Of a stretch of DNA of 64,000 bases, positions 48,172-61,871 are shown piece by piece. Position 1 is the stretch's first letter, and each line of letters opens with the position of its first letter. Position numbers and translations under genes: made by a program. Source of the DNA: an uncultured delta proteobacterium (lineage in GTDB: Bacteria > Myxococcota_A > Polyangia > Haliangiales > Haliangiaceae); assembly GCA_963848295.1 (NCBI GenBank), contig CAWKDB010000002.1, positions 448,001 to 512,000 on the forward strand, read 5' to 3'. The notes beneath the pieces are model-generated. The model saw only the letters and a program-made list of their open reading frames with translations, had not been told where the DNA came from and did not search any database.

Positions 48172-48726
48172 ATGGCTCGCTGGTGGTACGCGCCGTGTAT
48201 CGCGCTCCTGATCGGAGCTCCCGTGTACCTCGTGTCGCAAACCCTCGGGCTGTTCGGCGAGTTCGCGCATATGCAACGCGTCGTGATGCCCGGCAGCGCG
48301 ACCGTGAAGCTGCCCGCTGGCCCGTCGACGTTCTATGTCGATACGACCGCGACGGTGGATGGCACGGTCTATCGGCTCGAGGGACAGATCAGCTTCACGT
48401 GTCACATCGATGGCGACCGCGGCACGTCGCTCACGCTCGACCATCCCAGCGCGTCGGTCCGCGCCTCGATCGGAACGTCCAGCGTCGTGAAGGTGTTCGA
48501 GACCAGCGCACCGAGCGAAGGTAAGTACCAGCTCGCCTGCTCGAGCGAGACCGGGGACAAGTTCGTGCTGGGGGTCGGCCCCGAGGTGGGCAGGATGTTC
48601 AAGGTCGGGCTCGTGTTCATCGCCCTGATGTTGTCGGGCGGAGGGCTCACGTTGCTCGTTTTCCTGCGGCGGCGCGCTGCCGCCCGAGCTCGTAAAGCGC
48701 GAGCGACGCCGCCACCGACACGTTGA
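48172..48726 (+). CDS. Hypothetical membrane protein (N- and C-terminal TM segments)
   Basis: Hydrophobic N- and C-terminal segments flanking a beta-rich domain; basic tail. Confidence 0.7.
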   Translation: MARWWYAPCIALLIGAPVYLVSQTLGLFGEFAHMQRVVMPGSATVKLPAGPSTFYVDTTATVDGTVYRLEGQISFTCHIDGDRGTSLTLDHPSASVRASIGTSSVVKVFETSAPSEGKYQLACSSETGDKFVLGVGPEVGRMFKVGLVFIALMLSGGGLTLLVFLRRRAAARARKARATPPPTR

Positions 48727-49429
48727 ACGAGCCGACCGCGGTCCGCGCCATCGGGATCAGCGCATGAAAATCGCATTGCTTCGCGACCAACGGGCGAACG
48801 CCACCGCCCTCCGAGCCGAGCACGAGGCAGAGCGCCATCGTGCCGTCGATCGTGTCGATCGGCTGCGCGTTCGGTGCGGCGTGGACCGCGACTCGCCACA
48901 GTCCGAGCTCGCGCAGGTCCTCGAGCGCGCGCACGAGGTTGCCGACCTGCGCGATCGGCAGCAACTCGCTCGCCCCCGCCGACGACTTCGCGACGATCGC
49001 GGTGACCTGTGCCGCGCGATGCTCGGGGATGATCACGCCATGGGCACCGAGCAGGTACGCCGAGCGCAAGATCGCGCCGAGGTTGCGCGGATCCTCGACG
49101 CCGTCGAGCGCGACGAGCATCGGCTTCTCGGCGGTCGCGAGCGCGACCAGGTCCTCGAGCGTGGCGTAGGCGAACGCGCCGAGCCAGGCGATCACACCCT
49201 GATGGCGCGCGCCCTCGCCCGCCGCGCGATCGAGCGACGGGCGGTCGCGATCCTCGACCTTGATGCCGGCGGCGCGCGCGGCGGTGACGATCTGCGCGAT
49301 CGGATCGCCGGCCGATTTATCCGCTCGCTTCGGATCGACCCAGATGGCGCGCACCTTCGCGGCCTGGCTCGCGACGAGCTCGCGCACCGGCCCGGCGCCG
49401 TAGACGCACCGGTCCCCCGGCGCGGTCAC
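48647..49429 (-). CDS. rlmB: TrmH/SpoU family RNA 2'-O-methyltransferase, RlmB-like
   Basis: [42 protein letters not shown]. Confidence 0.88.
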   Translation of the reverse strand: MTAPGDRCVYGAGPVRELVASQAAKVRAIWVDPKRADKSAGDPIAQIVTAARAAGIKVEDRDRPSLDRAAGEGARHQGVIAWLGAFAYATLEDLVALATAEKPMLVALDGVEDPRNLGAILRSAYLLGAHGVIIPEHRAAQVTAIVAKSSAGASELLPIAQVGNLVRALEDLRELGLWRVAVHAAPNAQPIDTIDGTMALCLVLGSEGGGVRPLVAKQCDFHALIPMARTAVGSFNVSVAASLALYELGRQRAAAGKRAT

Positions 49430-50124
49430 GCGACGAGCTCGGCGACGATCGCGCGCGCGGCGGCCGCCGGATCCGCGGCATCGCGCAACGGTCGGCCAAC
49501 GACCACGAGGTCCGCTCCCGCGGCTCGCGCCTCACGCGGCGTCATCACGCGTTTCTGATCACCGGCGGCGCTGCCGGCCGGGCGCACGCCCGGCGTGACG
49601 ATCAAGAGTTGTGGCGCCACCTGCCGAGCCAGCGCGACTTCAAGCGGCGACGCGACGATCCCGTCGCAGCCTGCAGCCGCGGCGAGCGCCGCACGGCGCA
49701 CGACGAGCTCGCCGACCGGTCCTTGCGCACCAATCGCGGCGAGATCCGAGTCGTCGAGCGAGGTCAACACGGTGACCGCGAGCACTCGCGTCTCGCCGAC
49801 GTCGCGCGCCGCTTTGACCGCCGCTTGCAACATCGCGCGCCCACCTGCGGCGTGAACGGTGAGCAACCCCGCGCCGAGCGCGGCGGCCTGCGCGCTCGCC
49901 CGCGCGACGGTCTCCGGGATATCGTGGAGCTTGAGATCGAGCATCACGCGCAGGCCGCGCGCGACGAGCTCGCGGACGAACGCCGGCCCTTCGGCGCAGA
50001 ACAGCTCGAGCCCGACCTTGACCCAGCTCGGCACGCCGTCGAGCTTTCGCACGAGCGCCTCGGCCTCCGCACGGTTCGGAGCGTCGAGCGCCGCGATCAA
50101 CCGATTGCCGGGCTCGAAGCTCAC
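49426..50124 (-). CDS. pyrF: Orotidine-5'-phosphate decarboxylase
   Basis: [41 protein letters not shown]. Confidence 0.97.
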   Translation of the reverse strand: MSFEPGNRLIAALDAPNRAEAEALVRKLDGVPSWVKVGLELFCAEGPAFVRELVARGLRVMLDLKLHDIPETVARASAQAAALGAGLLTVHAAGGRAMLQAAVKAARDVGETRVLAVTVLTSLDDSDLAAIGAQGPVGELVVRRAALAAAAGCDGIVASPLEVALARQVAPQLLIVTPGVRPAGSAAGDQKRVMTPREARAAGADLVVVGRPLRDAADPAAAARAIVAELVA

Positions 50125-50183
50125 CCGCCGGATCTAACACGGCCCGCGGTCGAGCCGTAGGCGATCGGAACCAGCAACGGGAG

Positions 50184-51113
50184 TTAGGCGCCGTGCACGA
50201 GGGTCTGGAGCCAAGTCACGATCGAATCGTTTGGTACGAGGCTGTCCATCTCGACGGTAGACTTGTCGCCGATCGCTACACCTGGACAGTCGGTGTCCGG
50301 CGGGAACACCTTGCGTTGCAGCGCTTGCCCGGACCGGCGATCGTAGACCACGACCTCGCGCTCCTTGAGCTGCAGCGAGACCGTCATGGCTTCGTCACCG
50401 GCTTTGTAGCCGGTGCATGTCTTCGTGCCCTTGACCGTCGGCAGTACATGGATGATCGCGACCGCGTCGAGATCGCGCATGTGCACCGCAGCGCCGACGA
50501 GCTGACTCGAGGACAAGTCGACGAGGTAGATCGATCGCGGCCGCTTCGGCATGTGGACCTCGTGTCCCAGCATCAGCCCGCCGCTCTCGACCGTCGCGAG
50601 AAAGTCCTCGAGGGACGGAGGGCGGATCGCGGCAAGCTCGAGCTCGGCCGTCTCACCGCTCGCGAACGTGAGCTCCAGCTTTCGATTCTTCGGCGCTACC
50701 TTCGCGTCGTCCCAGGCGCGACGATCAACCGGCAGGCCACCGATGTCATCGCGTACGTCACCGACTGCGAACGGATGCCCGGGCTTTTCCACGGTTCCGC
50801 TGTGATCGCCGAGCTGCCAGTGGGTGTTGTCGCTGGGAAGCAGGATCAGCTCCACCGTGTAGACACCGTTGTTTTCGACCGCAATCTCTCCGTCGAGGTT
50901 TGGCTGATCGACCACGTGGAAGTGAGTCCCGTCCCATGCGAACCGGATGGGCTCGGGGCCGGTATGGATCCTACGCGGAGCGCTCGCCACGGCAGCTGGC
51001 GCCGGTGCGACTGGCCGGGTCGGGGGAGGGCTCGGCACGCGGTCATCGCCAGGCGCGGGATCCCGTGATCGGCACGACAGAACAACCATAGCGATGAACA
51101 GCGTGCGCACCAT
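50184..51113 (-). CDS. Hypothetical lipoprotein
   Basis: MVRTLFIAMVVLSC lipobox, Pro-rich linker, C-terminal CTGY...DCP Cys pair. Confidence 0.7.
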   Translation of the reverse strand: MVRTLFIAMVVLSCRSRDPAPGDDRVPSPPPTRPVAPAPAAVASAPRRIHTGPEPIRFAWDGTHFHVVDQPNLDGEIAVENNGVYTVELILLPSDNTHWQLGDHSGTVEKPGHPFAVGDVRDDIGGLPVDRRAWDDAKVAPKNRKLELTFASGETAELELAAIRPPSLEDFLATVESGGLMLGHEVHMPKRPRSIYLVDLSSSQLVGAAVHMRDLDAVAIIHVLPTVKGTKTCTGYKAGDEAMTVSLQLKEREVVVYDRRSGQALQRKVFPPDTDCPGVAIGDKSTVEMDSLVPNDSIVTWLQTLVHGA

Positions 51114-51181
51114 GCCGCGACGAATAGCATGGTGCGTGCCACCACTCACCCCCTCCAGTCGGGAACACGCCCGCGTCGATC

Positions 51182-51215
51182 CGCGGGTGCAACGTTGCAC
51201 GCCGTTGCACCCGCG
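51182..51215. promoter_or_regulatory. Overlapping inverted repeats (13-bp stem; internal 14-bp perfect palindrome)
   Basis: CGCGGGTGCAACG (51182-51194) pairs with CGTTGCACCCGCG (51203-51215); GTGCAACGTTGCAC at 51187-51200. Confidence 0.5.
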
Positions 51216-51254
51216 TGCAGCGAGCATGATCGAAGCCCCAGCGCCGCACCCCAC

Positions 51255-51350
51255 CCGAAGCCGAAGCCGAAGCCGAAGCCGAAGCCGTAGCCGAAGCCGA
51301 AGCCGAAGCCGTAGCCGCAGCCGTTGCCGAAGCCGTTGCCGTTGCTGTTG
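51255..51350. repeat. Hexamer microsatellite, 16 units of CCGAAG and variants
   Basis: CCGAAG x5, CCGTAG, CCGAAG x3, CCGTAG, CCGCAG, CCGTTG, CCGAAG, CCGTTG x2, CTGTTG. Confidence 0.95.
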
Positions 51351-51363
51351 CAGCTACGTCCCG

Positions 51364-53232
51364 CTAGCGCGCCACCCTCACCGCGTACGCTCCGCCGCTC
51401 TCCTCGACGACCGTGTAGATCACGCCGTCGTCGGCGCGCCGGTGCTCGCGGTCGAACTTGATCGTGCCGGTCAACCCGACGAGCTGTCCGCTCGCGAGCG
51501 TCGCGGCGAGCGCGCTTCGTCCGCCCGCACCCGCTGCTGCCGCGAGCTGCGCGGCATCGAACGCATACGCTTCGAGCGCGCCCGGCGGATGCCCGAACGC
51601 GGCGACATAGCGATCGAGGAACGGCTTGCTCGCCGCGTCTTGATCGTCGGGGTAGTAGCCGGGCGCGAACAGAGCGCCTTCGGAGTGGCGGCCGGCATCG
51701 ATGACGTACTGCGGCGTCAGATCTTCGGCGGTCGACAGCAATAACACCGGGCGGCCACCGCGCAGCTTCTTCGGAAATGGCATCGCGCGGGCCAGATCGC
51801 CGGCCGCCGCGAGCGCGGGTGCGATCAGCCCGAGCTTCTCGGCCTGGTCCGGGACGAAGATCGCTTGCCACGCATTCCCGAGCTTGCCGACCACACCGCT
51901 GAAGGACTTCGTGTCCTTCGGATAGGTCACGGTCGAGACGATCGCGCCGCCACCCTTCACGATCTCGGCGGCGAACGCGGCGGTGATCGCTTTGCCGTAG
52001 CCGTTCTCCGGCGCGAGCACCGCGAACCTCGTCGCGCCTTCGGCGAGCGCGCGATGGGCGAGCACACGGGCGCGCGCTTCGGCCGAGTGCCGGATGTGAA
52101 ACGCGAGCTTGCCGAAGTTGCGCTTTTCGGCCGCGGCGCTGAGCGACAGCAGCGGCACGCCCGCAGCATCGGCGCGCACGGTCGCGGCGTCGACCGATTC
52201 GCCATCGATCGGCCCGATGATGGCGACGACGTTGAGCCGCGCGAGCTGGTCGACCGCGTCGGCCGCGGTCGCGGCGTCCGGCGCGGCGCGGACCTCGATC
52301 GCGGCGACGCCCTTGCCATCGGGCGCGCCGGCGGCCAACCCGAGCGCGGCCGCGGCCTTACTCGCGATCTTGTTCTGGCTGCCCGAGCCGAAAGGCATCA
52401 CCGCGCCGATCAGGCCGACACTGCCCGAGCCCGGCGCGGCCGGCCCGACGTCGGCTTCGCGGATCGTGCGCGGTAAGCCGAGCGCGGTCCGCACGGGGCC
52501 GAGATCGGTGCGCAGCTTCGCGGCGGTGCCCGGATCGCCCGAGCGCTCGGCGATCAGCGCGAGTCGGCTGCCGACGATCGCGATACTCGGACCCTTGCGA
52601 TCCGCGAGCTCGTCGTAGACCCGGCGCAGCGCGTTGCCGTCGGCGCCGGAGACGACCTGTTCGATCCGCGCGATCGCGACCGCGCGCTCGGTCGCGGTGA
52701 TGCCCGGGCGCGCGTACAGCTCGTCGAACTGCGGCAGCGCATCGAGCGGGCGCTCGCCGGCGGCGGTCGAGTACGCGAGCGCCGCGATGTACTCGGTGCG
52801 TTCGTCGTCATTATCGACCGCGCGCGCGTTCGCGACGAGCAGCTTGTGAGCGCTCGCCGGATCGCCTTCGTAGTTCTTCGCGATGCCGAGGAACAGCGCC
52901 CCGCGCGCCGCGAGCCCCGGATCGCGGTCGGTGCTGGCGACCTGCGCGAGCACCTTGTCCGCCTGGCTGAAGTCGCGTGCTTTGATCGCGGCGATGCCGG
53001 CGTAGAGCTGCGCCCACGGCACGATCGGATCGGCCGGGTAGTCGCGCACGATCTTCGCGAACTCCGGGCCCTGCGTGCCGTCGCGGAGGAATTGCGCCTT
53101 CGCGTCCTGAAACTTCGCGCGCGCGTTCGCGTCGCCGGTGCGCGGCGGCTCGGCTTCGAGCAGCGTGCGCCGTGGCCTCGGGCAGCCCGCGAGCAGCGCA
53201 GCGAAGATCAGCGTTCGGACGACGGTTCTCAC
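51364..53232 (-). CDS. LpoA-like penicillin-binding protein activator lipoprotein (TPR plus type I periplasmic-binding fold)
   Basis: VRTVVRTLIFAALLAGC lipobox; TPR-like N half; IGAVMP, AIIGP, LAPENGYG, AIFVPD, AYAFDA, GLTGTIKFD. Confidence 0.8.
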   Translation of the reverse strand: MRTVVRTLIFAALLAGCPRPRRTLLEAEPPRTGDANARAKFQDAKAQFLRDGTQGPEFAKIVRDYPADPIVPWAQLYAGIAAIKARDFSQADKVLAQVASTDRDPGLAARGALFLGIAKNYEGDPASAHKLLVANARAVDNDDERTEYIAALAYSTAAGERPLDALPQFDELYARPGITATERAVAIARIEQVVSGADGNALRRVYDELADRKGPSIAIVGSRLALIAERSGDPGTAAKLRTDLGPVRTALGLPRTIREADVGPAAPGSGSVGLIGAVMPFGSGSQNKIASKAAAALGLAAGAPDGKGVAAIEVRAAPDAATAADAVDQLARLNVVAIIGPIDGESVDAATVRADAAGVPLLSLSAAAEKRNFGKLAFHIRHSAEARARVLAHRALAEGATRFAVLAPENGYGKAITAAFAAEIVKGGGAIVSTVTYPKDTKSFSGVVGKLGNAWQAIFVPDQAEKLGLIAPALAAAGDLARAMPFPKKLRGGRPVLLLSTAEDLTPQYVIDAGRHSEGALFAPGYYPDDQDAASKPFLDRYVAAFGHPPGALEAYAFDAAQLAAAAGAGGRSALAATLASGQLVGLTGTIKFDREHRRADDGVIYTVVEESGGAYAVRVAR

Positions 53233-53286
53233 CCACAGACAGTAGCGATCGGACGGAGCGCGTGCAAATCGCGGTATGAACGCGGC

Positions 53287-54315
53287 ATGCCCGGCCGCAG
53301 CGATCGCCTCGAACGCGAAATAGATGGTGGCTTCACCGCGTTGGAGAACGCGCACATCGACGCCGCCGCGCTCCATCTCGAGCGCGCGCAGCGCATCGAC
53401 CGCCGGCATCCCCGCGTGGTCGAGCTGGCGGCGCTGGTCGCCGAGGCTACCGGTGACCCCGACGCCGCGGTGAAGGCGTACGAACAACTCGCCGCGCTCG
53501 ATCCGACCGCCGTAGTGCCGGCGATCCGGCTCGCCGGGCTCGCCCTCGATTTCAACGACGATCCCGATCGCGCGCTCGCGCTCCTCGCAAGAGCCGAGCC
53601 GTCGATCACCGACCCCGAAGATCGGCTCGAAGCGCTGTTCACCCGGGCGAAGGCCTACATCGCGAAGGCCGACCGCGCGGCCGCACTCGCGGCGCTCGCG
53701 AAGATCGACGCGAGCACGCTGTCCGGTTGCGACCGCGAACCGCTCGCGATGCTCGCGCTCGACGCGGAGGCGCCCGAGCTCGCGCTGTCGTTCGCACAGC
53801 CGTTGCTCGCCGAGCCCGAGCTCGAGCCCGCCGACCGCGCGGACGCCCTCCACTTGCTCGGCGCGATCTATGCGGAGCTCGGCCGCGACGCGGACATGGC
53901 GCGAGCGTGGCGCGAGTGTCGCGACCTCGACGCCAAGACCGCCGCGACGCCGGCGGTCGACCTCAGCAACGACGAGCTCGATGCGATCGCGACCGCAGCG
54001 CTCGCCGAGCTGCCGGCCACCGCGCGCGAGCTGCTCGAGCGAGTGCCGATCCTCGTCGACGAGGCACCGAGCGACGAGCTGATCGCCGACGGCGTCGACC
54101 CGCGACTGCTCGGCCTGTTCCAGGGCACGCCGTTGCCCGAAGGCGGCGACCTCGCGCCGAGCGTCACCGCGATCTGGCTGTTCCGCCGAAATCTCATGCA
54201 GCTTTCGGAGTCGCGCGACGACGTCGTCGAAGAAGTCCGGATCACCGTCTTGCACGAGACCGCGCACTACTTCGGCATGGACGAGGCCGATCTCGAAGAG
54301 CTCGGGTTGGATTGA
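53287..54315 (+). CDS. TPR protein with C-terminal zincin-like (DUF1025/Zincin_1) metallopeptidase domain
   Basis: LLGLFQG, IWLFRRNL, ITVLHETAHYFG, LEELGL; TPR-like N-terminus. Confidence 0.88.
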   Translation: MPGRSDRLEREIDGGFTALENAHIDAAALHLERAQRIDRRHPRVVELAALVAEATGDPDAAVKAYEQLAALDPTAVVPAIRLAGLALDFNDDPDRALALLARAEPSITDPEDRLEALFTRAKAYIAKADRAAALAALAKIDASTLSGCDREPLAMLALDAEAPELALSFAQPLLAEPELEPADRADALHLLGAIYAELGRDADMARAWRECRDLDAKTAATPAVDLSNDELDAIATAALAELPATARELLERVPILVDEAPSDELIADGVDPRLLGLFQGTPLPEGGDLAPSVTAIWLFRRNLMQLSESRDDVVEEVRITVLHETAHYFGMDEADLEELGLD

Positions 54316-54352
54316 GCCCGGAGCCGATCGATCGGGCCGAAGGGCGCGCCGC

Positions 54353-54664
54353 TCAGTCCGGGAGGCAGATGTTGTTGCCGACCGCGGTGCCGGGAACGCA
54401 GATCGCGACAAAGCAGCACGTGCCGCTATCCGGGCAATCGCTGTTCACGCTGCAGAACTGACCGCCCTCGCCCGCGTCGGGTCGAACGACAAACGCATCG
54501 GGCTGCACGTTCGACGTATCGTGAGTCACGCCGGCGTCGTGGTGGACGTCGCCGTCTTCGTGCAGGTGAGCGTCGTTCCGGACCGAGCCGTCGGTCGTCT
54601 CGAGCGCCCCGCCCTTCGCGCAACCGAAGGTGACCACCAAGCACGCAGCTAGAAGACGACTCAT
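54353..54664 (-). CDS. Small Cys-rich lipoprotein
   Basis: Signal MSRLLAACLVVTFGC; C-terminal CSVNSDCPDSGTCCFVAIC...C. Confidence 0.75.
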   Translation of the reverse strand: MSRLLAACLVVTFGCAKGGALETTDGSVRNDAHLHEDGDVHHDAGVTHDTSNVQPDAFVVRPDAGEGGQFCSVNSDCPDSGTCCFVAICVPGTAVGNNICLPD

Positions 54665-54769
54665 GGGAGTGAGCGCATCCTAGCCGTGAGGCCGATCGAC
54701 ACAACACGTTTTTCGGTGGTCGGACCGCTGGAGCGACAGGTTGTAACCCGATGAAGCGGTGCGTCACGC

Positions 54770-58295
<3,526 letters not shown>

Positions 58296-58319
58296 GATAT
58301 GACCCATCAGATCTAGCGC

Positions 58320-58724
58320 ATGAGGCCGATACTCCCGAGGCCGGAACGACACGAATTACCGCGACTCGCCCGGTTCGTCTTCGCGATCGCGCTCTCCGCC
58401 TGCGCGCACCCGCAACCGCCGGTCCCGCCGGGCGAGCCGATCCCGGCGGAGCCGGACACGAAGGTCGCCTCGATCGACAAGGAATGCGCCGGGGTCGTCA
58501 CCGCGATCGACACCTATAGCGCGTGCCCGAACCTCGAAGAGCCGCAGCGCGACTATTGGCGCCGCGTGAGCGAGCTCTCGGCCCGGAGCTTCGCGACGAC
58601 CGAGGACAGCACGCTGGATCCGAAAGGCGCGCGCGCGATCGCCGTGGCGTGCCATCGCGCGGCCACCGCGATCACGTTTGCCAACGAGCGCTGCATGGCC
58701 GGCAAGCCCCCGCTGGACCGTTAG
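58320..58724 (+). CDS. Hypothetical Cys-containing lipoprotein
   Basis: FVFAIALSAC lipobox, Pro-rich linker, four further Cys; start uncertain. Confidence 0.65.
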   Translation: MRPILPRPERHELPRLARFVFAIALSACAHPQPPVPPGEPIPAEPDTKVASIDKECAGVVTAIDTYSACPNLEEPQRDYWRRVSELSARSFATTEDSTLDPKGARAIAVACHRAATAITFANERCMAGKPPLDR

Positions 58725-58729
58725 CCGCG

Positions 58730-59296
58730 CTACTTCTGCGCGAGCGCCCAGACGACCTGGGGAAAGTCGGGCTCGTTCTTGAGCGAGTGCAGCCACGGGA
58801 TGTAGCTGCGCCAGCTGCGAAAGCTCGCCTTGATCGAGCCGCGATTGCCCCACGATCCAGTCTGGATCTGGTCGATCGGAAAGCCGCACTCCGCGAGCAG
58901 ATGTTTGAGCCCGAGCTCGGTCCAGCGCGAGCAGTCGACCGGATAGCCGTGGACGCGGATGAGGAACGGCACCGAAACCATGAAGTAACCGCCGGGCGCG
59001 AGCATCGCGTAGACGTTGCGGGTCGCGCGATACGGCCACAGCAGATGTTCCCACACCTGATCGGCGAGGATCAGGCCGAACGGCTCGGGCAGCGTCTGCG
59101 CGCAGATGTCGAGCTCGGGCAAGCCGACCGTGCGGTACGACTTCGCACCGAGATCTTTCCAGTTGTCGCCGGAGATCTCGAGTGCGTCGAGCTGTTCGGG
59201 ATGGATTTCGGCGAGCAACGCGCGCTGCGATCGCTCCATGACGATCCGACTCCAGTTCGGATTGCCATAGCCGGTCAGGAACGAGACCACGGACAT
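58730..59296 (-). CDS. Class I SAM-dependent methyltransferase
   Basis: ALEISG, LDIC, FGLILADQVWEHL, LAPGG, HGYPVDCSRW. Confidence 0.85.
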   Translation of the reverse strand: MSVVSFLTGYGNPNWSRIVMERSQRALLAEIHPEQLDALEISGDNWKDLGAKSYRTVGLPELDICAQTLPEPFGLILADQVWEHLLWPYRATRNVYAMLAPGGYFMVSVPFLIRVHGYPVDCSRWTELGLKHLLAECGFPIDQIQTGSWGNRGSIKASFRSWRSYIPWLHSLKNEPDFPQVVWALAQK

Positions 59297-59336
59297 CGGC
59301 GCCGAACCTAGCATTGGGGCATGCTGGAGAAGCGGC

Positions 59337-60821
59337 ATGTCCGACAGTCTCGAGAAGAAGATCAACCGCGGAGTGGCCTGGACCGGGGCGTCCCAAGCGG
59401 TGATCGCGATCGCGGATCTGGTCTCGCAGCTGCTCGTGGTGTCGCTGTGGCTGACGAAGGAGCAGTTCGGCATCGCGATGATGGCGGTGCCGCTGTACGT
59501 GGTGCTCGACAGCGCCGCAGACCTCGGCATCACGTCCGCGCTGATCCAGCACGACGATCACACGCCCGAACGGATCTCGACGGTGTTCTGGTTCAACCTG
59601 ATGCTGTCGGTCGCGCTGTTCGGGTTGCTGTTCGCGATCGGGCCGCTGTACGCACGGCTGCAGGGCTACGACGTCGTCGGGTGGCTGCTGATCGCGTACG
59701 GCGGCAAGCTGCTGCTGCAGAACGTCTACGCGATCCCGTACGCGCTGCTCCGCAAGGAGCTGCGGTTCGCCGACATCGCGAAGATCCGCACCGCGGCGTA
59801 CCTCGTCGAGTCGATCACCCGGATCGTGCTCGCCGCGTGCGGCGTCACGATCTGGTGCTTCACGCTCGCCGCGCTCGCCCGCGCCGTGATGTTCGCGGTG
59901 CTGATCCAGGTGCGCCACCCGTTCGTGCCGCGGTTCGTGTTCCGGCTGCGCGAGGTGCTGCCGTACGTGCGGTTCGGGATGCGCACGGCGTCGAGCTCGA
60001 TGCTGTACTACCTGTACACGAACCTCGATTACCCGGTCGTGTCGTACTTCTTCGGCGCGACCGCGAACGGCATCTACGCGCTGGCGTATTGGATCGTGCT
60101 CGAGGCGGTCAAGACGATCGCGAACGTCGTGATCGAGGTCGCGTTCCCCGCGTTCGCTCGGCTGCGCGCGGACCTGCCGGCGCTGCGCAAGCAGTTCATC
60201 CGACTCACCCGGCTGAACCTCGTCGCCGTGCTGCCGTTCGTCGTGCTCATCCTGCTCGTGATCCCCGAGCTGCTCGACCTCGGCTACGCGGGTGGGCGAT
60301 GGACGAGCGGCGATCTCGCGCTATGCGCGGAGGCCGCGCGGATCTTGTGCATCGTCGGGTTGCTGCGCGCGCTCGGGTTCATCGGCCCGCCGTTGCTCGA
60401 CGGCATCGGCCGCCCGCAGCTCACGTTGCGCTACATGACCGTGGCGACGATCGTCGTGCCGATCACCTTCGCGCTGTTCGCGGAGCTGTTCGGCCACCGG
60501 CTGGGCCTACTCTCGGTGGCGACCGCGTGGGCGGTCGGCTACCCGGTCGCGTTCGCGATCCTGATCTACCTCGTCGCCCGATCGATCCAGCTGTCCGTGC
60601 TCGACTACCTGCGCAGCGGCGGCGGGATCGTCGCCTGCGCGGCGGCGGGGCTCGGCGTCGGGGTCGCGATCAAGCTCGCACTCCGGGCGGCGCTGCCCGA
60701 CGCCGGAGACGCCACGGTGATCGTCGCGGTCGGCTTGCCCGCGCTCGCGACGATGTTCGGCCTCCTCGCGACCTGGCAGAAGATCACGCCGCGGTCGGTC
60801 GGACAGGCGCTACGCGCGTAG
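59337..60821 (+). CDS. wzx: Oligosaccharide flippase (Wzx/WzxC-like, MOP family)
   Basis: GVAW, DLGITSALIQ, STVFWFN, LLRKELRF, NLDY...GIY, AFPAFARL; many TM segments. Confidence 0.88.
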   Translation: MSDSLEKKINRGVAWTGASQAVIAIADLVSQLLVVSLWLTKEQFGIAMMAVPLYVVLDSAADLGITSALIQHDDHTPERISTVFWFNLMLSVALFGLLFAIGPLYARLQGYDVVGWLLIAYGGKLLLQNVYAIPYALLRKELRFADIAKIRTAAYLVESITRIVLAACGVTIWCFTLAALARAVMFAVLIQVRHPFVPRFVFRLREVLPYVRFGMRTASSSMLYYLYTNLDYPVVSYFFGATANGIYALAYWIVLEAVKTIANVVIEVAFPAFARLRADLPALRKQFIRLTRLNLVAVLPFVVLILLVIPELLDLGYAGGRWTSGDLALCAEAARILCIVGLLRALGFIGPPLLDGIGRPQLTLRYMTVATIVVPITFALFAELFGHRLGLLSVATAWAVGYPVAFAILIYLVARSIQLSVLDYLRSGGGIVACAAAGLGVGVAIKLALRAALPDAGDATVIVAVGLPALATMFGLLATWQKITPRSVGQALRA

Positions 60822-61842
60822 CCGGCGCGACCTCGATCGATGCGCCGGCGATCGCGAGCTGCGGCCCGCGCTCCGGCGGCGGTCGGCGCATCCGACCGAA
60901 TAGCCAACCGACCGCCCAGTACGCCCACAGCACCGGGAACGCGAGCGAGAACGCGGACAGCGCGACCGCTTTGCGCACCGGCCGCCCGGCGTACTTCCAG
61001 CTCTCGCCGTCGTAGATCCGCTCGCACGCGTGGTACCAGAGCAGGACCATGTAGACCGGGTACAGCGCGACGAACCGGATCGCGTGGTAATGGCCGACGA
61101 CGTTGTGCAGATACTCGAACAACCGGCGGCCGAACCCGATCGTCGACATCTTGCGCTTGTCGAGCCCGCCTTGGATGTCGAGCCGGCGCAGGATCCACGC
61201 GTCGGGATCGAACACCATGTACTCGTCGTCGCGCTTGCCGCGCTGGATGCGGAAGCACAGCGAGTTCTCGTCTTCGATCTGCGTGCAGGTGTCCCACATG
61301 CCGAAGCGCTCGAGCGCGCTGCGCCGGATCGCCGAGTTCGTGCCGTGGATATTCAGGATCCGATCGGAGCGCACGTCGACCTGCGTGTAGCAGCGTTGCC
61401 ACAGCATGCGGCTGTACGACAGCACGTTCGCGCGCGCGAACTCCATGTTCTTGTACGGCGGCTCGCGTCCGCCCTCGACGACGTGGCGGCCGCTCACCGC
61501 GAGGCACTTCGGATCGCGGAAGTTCGTCATGTGCGCCGACAGCCAACCCGGGTGTCCCGGGATGTCGTCGTCATCGAGCATGATGATGATATCGCCGCTC
61601 GCGATCCGGCACGCCTCGTTGCGCGACCCGGGCCCGCCGAGCGGTGGACGCTTCGCGACGACGACGCGCGGATCGGCGGCGAGCTCGGCCAACCGGGCTT
61701 GTTCTTCGGCCGTGAACCGCGTGCTCTGCTCGATCACGAGGATCTCGAAGCTCGGGTAGTCCTGAGCGAGACACTGGACGAGCGCATCGCACGCCGCCGC
61801 GAGGCGGTTGTACGAGCGGAGCACGACGGTAGCCTTCAGCAT
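60784..61842 (-). CDS. Glycosyltransferase family 2
   Basis: VVLRSYNR, QDYPSFEILVIE, SRNEACRIASGDIIIMLDDD (DxD), ED motif. Confidence 0.92.
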   Translation of the reverse strand: MLKATVVLRSYNRLAAACDALVQCLAQDYPSFEILVIEQSTRFTAEEQARLAELAADPRVVVAKRPPLGGPGSRNEACRIASGDIIIMLDDDDIPGHPGWLSAHMTNFRDPKCLAVSGRHVVEGGREPPYKNMEFARANVLSYSRMLWQRCYTQVDVRSDRILNIHGTNSAIRRSALERFGMWDTCTQIEDENSLCFRIQRGKRDDEYMVFDPDAWILRRLDIQGGLDKRKMSTIGFGRRLFEYLHNVVGHYHAIRFVALYPVYMVLLWYHACERIYDGESWKYAGRPVRKAVALSAFSLAFPVLWAYWAVGWLFGRMRRPPPERGPQLAIAGASIEVAPATRVAPVRPTAA

Positions 61843-61871
61843 GGCTGGCCGATCGCGACTATAGTCGCGGC

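Noticed and set aside
51146..51871. ORFs with (GF)n or (RS)n tracts
   Set aside because: Artefacts of translating the intergenic hexamer repeat; they overlap the LpoA-like gene in other frames.
53233..54411. Long upstream extensions in the ORF track (LpoA-like 1015 aa, CcmE-like 604 aa, tgt 631 aa, asd 562 aa)
   Set aside because: The extensions overlap other real genes; family motifs and signal peptides begin at the downstream starts.
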